Positions 37,126-59,936 of a stretch of DNA of 64,000 nt are shown one piece after another. The DNA comes from Bugula neritina (lineage: Eukaryota > Animalia > Bryozoa). Position 1 is the first letter of the stretch, and each line of letters starts with the position of its first letter. Position numbers and translations under genes: made by a program. The stretch covers positions 2,294,001 through 2,358,000 of the forward strand of contig OZ037769.1 of NCBI GenBank assembly GCA_964035545.1, given 5' to 3'. The notes beneath the pieces were generated by a model. That model was given only the letters and a program-made list of their open reading frames with translations, was not told the DNA's origin and searched no databases.

Positions 37126-40100
37126 ATGCAAAGCACCAAGATGCTGCCTTTAGGACTATTATTTCTTTTTGATGTTGCAAATGGTAAGTTACAATTTCTT
37201 TGTTTTTTTATTTTCTAAGTACATACCTGCAGTACAATACCAGTACTATTATCTTAGCACATGCCAGCAGCACAATACCAGTACTATTATCTTCAAAGTT
37301 GATAAGCTTTGCTCAAGTTTGAAAAAAATAAGTCGTCTATTATTATATATATACTATAATGTTTGATTGATATCTATTGTTTTACTATGGACAATATTCT
37401 ATCTTAAAATACTAATAATTCAAATGGTATAAGATTTCTTTAGGTTAGTATAGTTTGAAAAGTATGAGCAATAAATCTAATATTATATTATATGTCATAA
37501 AAAATAATAATATAATATAATATGATAAAATATAACATAATATGATATAATATGATATAATATAATATATGATATAATATAATATAATGTACTATAATAT
37601 GATACAACATAATATATGATATAATATAATGTGATATAATATACCATAACATAGTATAATATAATAATATATTATGATATAATATAATAAATAGTGGATA
37701 TATATCATGTAGTACCATTTAGTAAAATATTACTATTGTTATCTACTGTTTCAGGTTACGCTGTCCACAACAGTAAAAGCTCAAGATATAGTTGGTATTC
37801 AGAAGCTATATCTGCTAACGTTACAGTAAGAGTTAACGAGGACCTTGTTTCACTTGACAAAGGTGCATATAACATCCAATATATTACATTTCTATACCTG
37901 AAAGTTATTTTTTGTAAGCAAATAGCATTTAATTCAAACTGGTTTAGCTCTAGACTTCACCTGTTTATAACGTATTAGCTAATTAGAACATAGCAATACC
38001 CTAGCTAGACTTCAGAATGCTTGTATACTATATAAGCTGCATTATATACTGTACTATGATATACACTGCATTATACACTGTACTATAATATACACTGCAT
38101 TATACACTGTACTATAATATACACTGCCTTATACACTGTACTATAATATACACTGCATTATACACTGTACTATAACATACACTGCCTTATACACTGTACT
38201 ATATAATATACACTGCAATATACACTGTACTATATAATATACACTGCATTATACACTGTACTATAATATACGCTGCCTTATACACTGTACTATATAATAT
38301 ACACTGCATTATACACTGTACTATAACATACACTGCCTTATACACTGTACTATATAATATACACTGCATTATACACTGTACTATAATATACGCTGCCTTA
38401 TACACTGTACTATATATAATATACGCTGCATTATACACTGTACCATAAGCACTGTAGACTGTACACATTACACTATATACATATTACAATATATATTATT
38501 TCTGTACTATACATTGTATTATACACTGTAATATACACTATACACACTGTACTATACACTGTACTATCAATGTATACTATACACACTGTACTATGTATTA
38601 TACTATACACCCTGTAATACACATTATACTGCAATACACACTTCACTATGCACTGTACTAAACATAGCTGTTACTGAAAACTGCACATAACTTTAAGCTG
38701 TAGCTAATTAATATTACAGGCAGGTAATTATTATTAAGCAAAGGAAGTTGCTTGCGTACATAAACCAGCATTTGCTAATCAATTGTTCAGGGAAACATTT
38801 ATATTATCTAAGAGAAAGTGGTAATTGGTCATTACAAATACTGTAACACAGTCTCAACACATGCAAGTGATGGTGCAAAATGTAAGACAGAATGACTATT
38901 CTAGAATAATAAAGCTATTTAGTGCTTCTATATATGATAAGTTGGGTATAAGATAAGTTTTAGCCAATTTCTAAAGACACCTTATCACTTTCTTCCTTGC
39001 TAGTTTGTCATAACATGTCAATTTAAAATATAGTACTTTAATCATAATTTCAAAATATATATTGGACTTTCTATACAGCTGTATGATACAGAAAGAGATT
39101 GCAAAATAATTAGAGATGAGAATGAAAAATCGCAACAGCTCAGTAATATCGAACAGTTTCCCTCAGTTTGGTGATGATGAAATTACACTTTTCAACAGTT
39201 CAAGACTAATCTGAAGTAATTATTTGCAGTCTTGTTTTTGATTACATAATTATTGACCATCAGTGCATAGCTTACATAAAATAGTTAGGTTGAATGTTTT
39301 CAACTCAAAAGTAGAAACTCAAAATAAACAGCAAAATATATGAAAAATATTCAGCTTAAAACTTTCAATGCTAAGCTGACATTTCTAAAATTATCAAATT
39401 TCAAATTATCAAGTATTTTAAATTTATCTGTATATATAGTTGTAGCCTTATAAATGCAATAACTAACTGCTGGCCTAGTTTGGAAATATCTATATTGAAA
39501 AATTTTGCAGCCATGAAGTTCATTGGATATTATAATATCCAATGAACTTCATACTAAGTTGAGATGGTATAATATTTTATTTTATTTATTAGATTTAAGA
39601 ATATGTTACTCTGATTTGCCTGAGACATTCCCTGATGGTAATACTACAGTAGTAGAGGTATTGGGTTACTTCGCTTGTCCGTTCAAAGACTCTGATGCGC
39701 CTACGTACACTTATTGCTGCGGTCCTGCAAACAGACAACAGTGCTGTGGATTCTGGGATGAGTAAGTTATAGCAACTACCTGCAGGCTAAGCCTAAGTGT
39801 GATAGTATGAATAGTACATCTTGTAGTTTGTATAGCCCATTATGTTATACATCCATGTTAAGTGAGGGAACAGCAGTGGTCTGGAGGTTAGATTGCTGGC
39901 TATGTTAGCTCAGGGTCAGTGGCTCATCTCCAGTAATGGTCATTGGTGATGTTAGCAAGGGCATTCAGTCATAATTCCTCCTTTGCTGCAATGGTTGAAA
40001 CTTCTTTGCTGGCCTAATAAAAACTCTTTTTATCAGAGATTCTCACAGAAATAGCGACTAAAACCTCCCGTGTAAATATATAAGACTTTCATCTTGTATC

Positions 40101-41529
40101 TATAGTTAATATATGCATTTTATGTGTTGCGATAGTATCGTTTTAGAATATAATTTATGCATGCCATTTCCTCTTGCCTATATAGCGCTAAGTGTAAATT
40201 AATTAAGTATGTAGAACAAAATTATCATACAAAAACCCATTTCAAGGAGGCGTAGGTTGCGGCATGTAATTTTTGAGGAAACCAAGAGGAACAGTGGTGC
40301 TGTATTGTTTTCCCTTTTGTTTCCTTGAAAGACCTTCACCACCTAGTACTTTCAGCATTACCAAATAACTTGTGAATAACTTAACCCTTAGCTGGCAGAT
40401 TTGAAATGAAAAAATTCCATTGTTTAGGAAAACAAAAGTGCCCCGTGAATCAATTACATAAATTGACCTTAAATTGGAACATTGCATCAACTTGCTACAT
40501 TATGTATTTCAACCCTCTTTTAGTTACAATGGCTTGCCGTGCATTACTTTTTATTTAAAGTTTATTTTTTGTTGCGTGTCCAATGTTTTTTATCCATACA
40601 GCATATCTTTATAATTGCTGAGATTGCATGGCTATTTTATTAACACATGTATGTATAGTATTAGCTAGGTAGAGTTCCATTTATAAGGTTCAGCAGTTTG
40701 ATTCACACATTCTCTTTATAATCAAAGCACTTTGAACATTTTTATTTTCTTCTCCATCTTTTACAGCACTAACCCGTTTGTGTTAGTTAGAATTAGTAAA
40801 ATTTACGTAATACAAAAATATCAGTTACTATTTTTGCAGCTTAATGCAGCACTAGTGATTTATTTTTGTGCCTATAGTGGTACGTCATTCCCTTTTTCAT
40901 TATAAACTGTGTTTAATGTGTGAACTTAATGTTCTAAATGCCTAATGTTCAAACTTGCTAAAGTATACAGTATTTAAATAAGTTACATAAAAATATCACT
41001 AAAACAGATGGGCTTCCTGGTTTGTAATATACATTATAGCTGCTATTTAAATTATAGCATTTTCTGCTTGAATGATGACACTTTTGATTTAATTTATTCT
41101 ATTTAGCCGTGCCTAGTTTTACTCACTCCTCAAATAGATAAACATATAAAATCTAAAGTTTAATGTGCTCAAAACTTTGCCAATTAACCCATCTGGCATT
41201 TCTAGCGCTTGAAAATAAATGAATCATTGTTAAATTTTAATAACATTTCAATTTCTGTTTCATAATCTGTAATAAAACTAAAAAATGTATATATCCATAG
41301 CTATATATTTAGTCATATATTTAATTATATATCTAGTTACATATTTAGTCATATAATATCTAGTTATATATATCTAGTTATGTATTTAGTCATATATCTA
41401 ACTATATATCTAGTTATATATATTTAGTCATATATCTAGCTATATATACATCTAGTTATATATATCTAGTTATATATTTAGTCATATATCTAACTATATA
41501 TCTAGTTATATATTTAGTCATATATCTAG

Positions 41530-41613
<84 letters not shown>

Positions 41614-42348
41614 AGTTATATATTTACTTATATATCAGGCTAAACCTTCCAATTATCTGCAGTATTTTGGTTTTAATCATTATAAATACACACAATGAAA
41701 AACTGAGATGCGATTGCACTATAATATATCTTTAAACTATAATTTTAGGTTAAATATGATGCAGCTGGAAAACCTATAGTTATACAATTTAATATAGCTG
41801 AGTATTGCAAATAAATTAGATATTCAGGACTAAGTTAATTATTCTCAGCAGCAGTGTTAAATATAATTTTATGTTTCAAATTTTTACAAGTTTGTACAAA
41901 ATATTTAACAGCTCTTACAATATATATGATAATGCTATTACAACATATGCTACAACTAGTACAGTAAGTTTATCAACTATTACAATCTATGTGACTTAAC
42001 TATTACAACATACGTAGCAGCTAGTGCAACTGTATTACATGTTGTTGTAGCTAGCACAACATATGTGAAAAGTAAGCGGGCCGATTATTTCAAATGAATA
42101 ATGTTTCCCATTCTTGACATGTTGCTTTTCTCTTACTTTGCTGCCACATTCTATGTTTATGTTTTAGTGCTACAAGATACACGGTTGCTGGATTGGGAAT
42201 TATGCTGGGTGCCGTAGTGGCACTTATTTTAATCAGCTGGATTCTTCATAAATGCTTTTCACACAAAACAGAAATAAAATGCTACTGCATTAAAGTATAT
42301 ACTAAAGGAAAAGAATTTACAAAACAGACTTTACATTCAATTTTGTAA
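37126..42348 (+). CDS. Shisa-like single-pass membrane protein, 4 exons, about 171 aa
   Basis: Exons 37126-37183 (MQSTKMLPLGLLFLFDVAN, signal-like), 37755-37862, 39593-39761 (IC...YFACP...TYCCG...QCC, Shisa Cys pattern) and 42168-42348 (TM VAGLGIMLGAVVALILISWIL, then C..CYC, ends LHSIL*). Phases 1,1,2 are consistent. The exon-2 donor (GTGCAT) is weak. Confidence 0.8.
37480..37692. repeat. Degenerate (ATAAT/ATGAT)n low-complexity repeat
   Basis: Direct read; source of a Y/I-rich pseudo-ORF. Confidence 0.85.
38035..38660. repeat. Minisatellite, 29-31-bp unit (ACACTGCATTATACACTGTACTATAATAT), decaying rightwards
   Basis: Direct read; alternating GCATT/GCCTT variants give a higher-order 60-bp period at about 38200-38420. 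Confidence 0.92.
39513..39552. repeat. Perfect 40-bp palindrome without spacer
   Basis: ATGAAGTTCATTGGATATTATAATATCCAATGAACTTCAT equals its own reverse complement (two ORFs in the track both start MDIIISNELH). Confidence 0.95.
39866..40065 (+). mobile_element. tRNA-derived SINE copy (diverged)
   Basis: GGGAACAGCAGTGGTCTGGAGGTTAG...GGTGATGTTAG...CAGTCATAATT...CTCACAGAAATAGCGACTAAAACC. Confidence 0.8.
41300..41635. repeat. Compound TATATCTAGT/TATTTAGTCA repeat with an embedded (AT)n run at about 41531-41611
   Basis: Direct read. Confidence 0.9.
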
Positions 42349-43759
42349 TAACTTGTTATATAAAACAATGCAGGCAGGCATTCATTGTATACGTTTTATT
42401 ATTTTCAGTAATTTTTGTTTCTACCTGACAACACATAGAGGTATATTATCTAATGCAGTGTGGGGCTAAGAATTTAATGGGGTTCTACTTAATAACGAGA
42501 TTATTTTATGTTTCCTTTTTATTTTATTAAAATATTTTTACATTCCAAGACAAAGAACTCAAGAAAGAAAGATAGAAATAGTGCTGGCTTTGTTATCCTT
42601 GTTCTTGATATGCTTTTTTAAAATGTATTATGGTTTTTATTATAAATCGTTTTTTTCATTTAGAGTTTTATAGGTGTGAACAATCTACTCTTTGAGTAAT
42701 TTGATAGTCAGATCATCTAAACTTTCAGTGCATTTTTGTTTTTCTCAACTAAATGAGACTTATTTGTATATATAAAAAAATTAAAACAATATTTTATCTT
42801 TCTTATAAATATTTTTAATAAAAATATAGTGTTCAAAAATTGAAAACAGCTACACCTATTTATGCAGCTACACTTCATATGTAGGCAGCTATACACCTAA
42901 TATTTGGAATTTTTATTTATTACAGATAGGCATTGACAATAATTAAAACATTTAACATGTCAATAACCATAGTGTAGTAGTTGCATGCAGCATCAATCTG
43001 TTATTCACTAGGTTATGGCTCAGATCTACAACAGGGCTATTAGCTACACCAAGACACTCTGTCACAATTTCGCTTTCAAATACTTTTTAGTCAGCTGGAA
43101 AAATGTAGAATATTCTCACAAAGATGAGAACTTAGGCAAACATAATCTGTATTTACATTATAACGAGCATGATTTTGCCTTTTGCTTATCATCAATTCCT
43201 GCACAAATATTGTGTACATGCAATCACCCACTGGTCACCTGCTTAGCTCCTGGGGTAATGCTGTGCCAGCTAGAAAATCTCTAGTCAAATAAATTTGATT
43301 TTGCAAACTACTATTTTCCTAAACAACCTGCAGTTTCTAAAAACTCGGCATAGTTAGATTTTAGTTAATCATAATTTTTGCAGTTGTTTTAAAATATTGT
43401 GAGTTGTTAAAACCAACGGGATATATTGTTGAGAAAATATGCAGCTGCTTATATTGAAAACAAATATAATGATAATATATTTATCTTATATAAAGGTAAA
43501 CAGCCCATAACTTCCTTTTAGGTGTATTGAAATAAGCTTCTTGATTGTTGAACTCTTATTATAACATTAGTGGAAGTCTGTTATTGTATTTAATACTATA
43601 TAGGTATATCTATATGAAGTTTGACAAAATATTATCCTTATTTATACAAATGAGATTGCGATAATCATATTAGATATATTGAAAAATACTTGCAAAGTCA
43701 ACCAGAATGTTTTTTAAAAATAGGTAACAATTGTATTGCAGTATATATTAGTTTTATCA

Positions 43760-44430
43760 AAAATCACCTTTCGATTCACATCTCAATAATAGGACTCAAG
43801 AAAGTCCAAATTGGAAAAGCATTTCCTGTTACATCCTTTACTTGATTCAAAAATTTGTTATCTACTATAACAATAGCTGCCTTCTCAACAAATATTTGAT
43901 TTAGTTTTGTCTGCTACTTCATGAATTGAAACAAGATGAGTGCAAATGTTGAGAGTTTACACAGCATATAAGACGCACCTACTTGTGCTGAGTAAAAGGA
44001 AACAAATGTAAAGGGATAAACACTCTATTGTAAGAGCTAACCACTCCTTATACACCTGATATGTTTATATTGGAATCGTCACTAAATATAGTCTATTCAT
44101 GTGGCATGTGAGAACTAAAGATGTGTCAATATTACAAACAAGACTGATAAACACATCAACATTTTTTTATCAACCATTGAAGGTTGGGCAATAGCTACCA
44201 GTGTTGTGCTCTATTTCAGTACTGCAAATATACCTTTTAGAATTTGTTTCTATATTAACGAAGAAGTTTACAAACTGCCTCCTCTTGCTGGAAAATATTA
44301 ACAAAGAGGAAAATTCCTACTCACCATGAAGAATTTCTAAGAACGTGTGTATAAGGAGCAATATTAGACATCATTATCCTCACTTGACATAGTTTTATCA
44401 GCGTGAAATGCTTAGCATGTTTTGAAGTAC
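43760..44430 (+). mobile_element. Possible highly decayed Mutator-like (MULE) transposase fragment
   Basis: Collinear broken-frame motifs KAFP...EF...RTYL...PYTPDM...MWHV.RT...IEGW...NIYLLEF resemble the MULE C-terminal pattern; many stops and frameshifts, no TIR found. Confidence 0.3.
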
Positions 44431-45723
44431 CGTCGTTGCCGTTTGTAGCTGAACACTTGAGCTTAAAACAAGAGGTAGTTGAGCTAAGCACTTTGAAATA
44501 CAGATTAATTACAAGTATCTTAGTTTATCTATGTAAGCCAAAGCTGTTGTTAATGGATATGCATACACAAGGTGCTAGAAAGTGGATAGTCAAGATAAAG
44601 TTTTAGCGAGAAAAAAATAAAAGCAATTGCATTATTTAAGGCTCAAAAACTTTGCAGCGAAAATAAATTGCTCCTTATGGTGAATTTTGTTTAAATAAAA
44701 TTGTTTACGTTATTATTATATGACAGCTATTATGTTGATTTTCTGCTTATTTTATAGTGGTAAAAAACTTGGCTTTATAAAGAGTCACTTAGTTGGTTCA
44801 TCAACTTACCAGAAGAGGCTCCAGCTATTCGTATATGTCTTTGCAGTTATTACAAAGTTTTTTCTCTGTACAAACAATCATGATGGCATAACTCCAATCA
44901 CGAACCTATACATTGATACACACTATTGCAGGTGTGTTAGCAAATATTATGTCGCAGTCTTTTTATATATAAACTAGAGCTTCATAGAGTTTTATTAAAT
45001 GCATAGGTTTGTCTTATTGGCTACATTTTGATGGCTGCAATAAGAGCTACTTTGGTAGTTTTGAATAGCAATATGGTGCCATAAAAATATTAGCTTCATT
45101 TCAGTGCTTCATAGCTTTATAGCTGATGTAACAAAACAAGATACCTAATAATTTTGTGTTAAATGGAAACCTAGTTAGATAGTAATTTTTACCAATTTTT
45201 TTATCCTTCCATGAACTTAATATTTCAGCATAATTATGTTTCACAACAAGAGTTTGGTTATATGTTTTTCAACAAACAATATATATGTATAGATCACATT
45301 GCACTATAGCAAACTATAAGTAAACATAAAAATGAAGTTTTAAAAACTTAACTTTACTATTACTTAGTAACGATACACTCCACGGGGTGTTTCTGCTTTT
45401 ATACACATAATTGTCACCTGCCATATAATTTTTTTCTGAATAAAAACTAGGAGAATAAATATGTCATACAGGAATTACATGGTTTAATATCATAATGCAA
45501 TCACGATTCGTATATTGTTAGGTCATATAATACTATAACCAAATGGTTACATAGATTCCTAATTAGTTTAACAACCTAGTTTTTCACAGTGCTCAGCAAA
45601 TAAAAATTTATATCATGACTGATAGATAAGTACATTCAATTTTATTCGTCTAAAACCTATTACAAGCACAGCCCCATATAATAGATAACACTTGTTTTAA
45701 AGAGTTCATCTGTTACAAGATCT

Positions 45724-56852
<11,129 letters not shown>

Positions 56853-59800
56853 AGTAACAGTTGGTTTTATTTCACTAAATCTTATAATTCAACAAAGATT
56901 TCAGTCTTTCTTAGCAGCTCATTGTTTGTACACTGGCTCATTGTAAAAGACTTCATATATAATCAATACTGTTAACTCTCTTAACTTTTCTCATTCAATA
57001 CCAATAGATTAATCTATATAGGAATATTTTTACTTAATATATAATTAATGATGTTCTTACGTAGTGCCCATACATATATTATACACTTATATACGAGCCT
57101 TTTTTTAATATTAGTTTGTTGTATTATTATATTTCACTATGTGTAGCAACATTTAGTAATTTTATGTTTGTCTAAATATTGGGAAACTCCAAACGTAAAC
57201 ATAATTTACAGCCGACAAAGGTGTTTAAATGTTGACTTTATATGACTGCAACAAAATTAATATCAAACAGTACAAAAGAATGAGAAAATATTTTTTCTGC
57301 AAATAATAAATATTATTTTCCCACAAGCAAGCAAAAGTGAGATGAAAAACTTTAAGCCAATGAAACTAGAAAATGTATTATTGCACCTGAACTTACTCTA
57401 ATCTGTGTGAAGATGTAACTACAAGCTTCTGGTTGCTGGACAGCAAAGCAAATGAAGCACGAGAGCTTATTTCACTCCCTTATGTATGAGTATTATGCTT
57501 TATTCAAGTGTAATCATATTGTAGAAATTGTATAGTCTCTAATTAGTGTGTTGTAAAATAGTATTGCGATACAGAGATTTAAATTTCTATTCATGTGGTA
57601 ATTAGATTGGAATAAATATTGAACAATTACTGCAACCAGCTATTGATTGGGTACAATTTGTCCTCTTGGGCATTTCTGTATTATTTACATTGAAAAATAT
57701 GTCCAGGTATGAGAGGAAGTGTGGTAACAAATTTCAAGTGTTATAATTCAAGTGTCACACTATACAGTTTCAAGAAGCAAAGCAGGCTACGAAATGCAAC
57801 TTTGTCAGGCAAAAATATCCAATGATCAAAAATCAAAAAATGAGATTAGCAAAGAATCATGAGCTTATAGTTTTTGCCATACTAAGGGCTAACAGAATGA
57901 AAAACAAAATTTAAAAAATAAATTAATAGTTCAAATAATAGTATTCTAAAGGCATTTAGAATAAAACTATCAAAAGAAAGCAACTACTACCAAACAGGGC
58001 ATTCAGCTCCCCCCTCCCAAGAGAACACTCATGCCCCTAGAGAGGCCACTCTACTACCATGCAGTAAGGACAAAAAAGAAACCAAATTTGTTGTATAATA
58101 TTGTACTATAAACAGTACATCACTTGACTAGTATATCTATATATTACACCTCATGCTCCTTATAATTGATTGACACCAAGATATATAGCGTAAGAGTATT
58201 GATTATAGAAAGTTATTTGCTGTTGCTCCAATGCCAGTCTGTCATGCTGTCATCTTCTAGACTCAGTAATATACGCAGCTGAGAAGGTATGAAGGTGTTT
58301 TATTTATAAACTTTAGTTCAGCATGTAACGACTAGATGCAATATTCAACAACAATCCCTTTGAACAGTAAAACTACCAAACTTCCAATAACAGTTACATT
58401 GCGACAAAAATATTCAATACTTATAAATTGGCTGCCACAAAAATACATTGTCATTAGCTAGTGGCATTTGCATGAACAAAGTTACTAAAGGTGATCATCA
58501 GGAGTAAAACTGTCTCTTGGTACTCAACCCTGATGTCATTAATAAGTCTCCTATTGTCTCCAATTATGATAAATTAACACCAGTTATTGTGTACAGCATG
58601 ATCACACACAGCACTCCCTAATAGATTGTGACTTCTATCTCATTAATTATTTATTTGTTCAATATTGACACTGGCTTTAGGGCAGCCAATAGTGGAAGTC
58701 AAAACATAGGACAGAGTGACAGTGATGTACGTAGGCGGCAATGCAGCTTTTGTCACTTGAAAACTCTGCTATGTAATGAAATCTCAAAGCTTACTGCTTT
58801 TTTTCCTGTACATAAAGATAATGTATTGAAATATGCTTCCATAAAAATCTGTAGTAATTAAATTTTATCCTATTTCTTGGATTTTTTAAAATGGACGCTT
58901 ACAGGATTGCGCAAGATTTTCAATTGTAACTGCTATTATTATACGCAGCCTATAAAATACAGTTTATTCATTCTGGAAGCCTGGGCTACTGCTAACTGGT
59001 CAATTTTCTGCATTTATTTTGTCAGGTTAATTTTGATCAGACGCTTAGAGCAACTGGTTTATTGTTTACTGTATTTACCAAAGTTTAATCCTCGTATAAC
59101 TTATATTATAGTATATTCAGCAAATTCTTATAATTTGTTAATTACTTTATTCTCGCAGCCCTGACTGTTCTAAATTCATAATAAAGCTCGTACCATAGCT
59201 TTAATATTTATGTTTGTATATGTTTATCAATGATGTTGGCATGCAGTTTAATTGTAAATCAATATCTATAATTCCAATCAAAGAAAGTAAGAGAATAAAA
59301 AGACGTAATAAGACCCAATATAGACTCGGAGGGATGGGGTATGAACGGTAAGAAAAACAAACAGTGATTAACTTTCATGTTTATTTGAGTAATGTTCTAT
59401 TTATAACAAAACTGTTGCATAATTTATGACAGGAAAATATTAGATAAAAGCTGAAAGATTAGAATAAACAGGTTGTGCACGTATAAAGTAATAATATGCT
59501 GTTATTTTAGTAACTTTGGATGAGCCATGGTTAAGTGCATATCGTTACTGAAAGTTGCAGAAAATAAACATTTCTTACATAGCTTTAAAAAGTGATAACT
59601 AAGAGAAAATATATTTCATGCTAAAACTACTGAGCAACAAACACTGAAAACAGACTAAAACTAAACCAGTGTGTAAAAAATAATGTTAACAGTTAAGTAG
59701 AGCCTTAAAAGTATCTAAATAAAATAAAGATAAGATAAACATACGGCAGCTGAAGTTAGATAGAGCATACGTTACATCTACTGGCACTTTATGAATTTCC

Positions 59801-59936
59801 TAACTTTGATTCGTTCAAGTCTCCAGACAAGCTGAGCAGTCTTTAAGCCTGCAAATAATGACATGCATAACATGGTAACTAAGATACTATCAGTAGAACA
59901 TATTTTTGGAGAAGGACTTCCATTTTAATTTTTTTT

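Noticed and set aside
38035-38660. Regular repeat array resembling CRISPR, and the 89-aa ORF over it
   Set aside because: Contiguous tandem units without unique spacers, eukaryotic intron, no cas genes.
58150-58620. Possible LINE relic between the channel gene and CHDH
   Set aside because: Only a vague FIPS..R.L-like stretch; no tail, TSD or RT motif seen.
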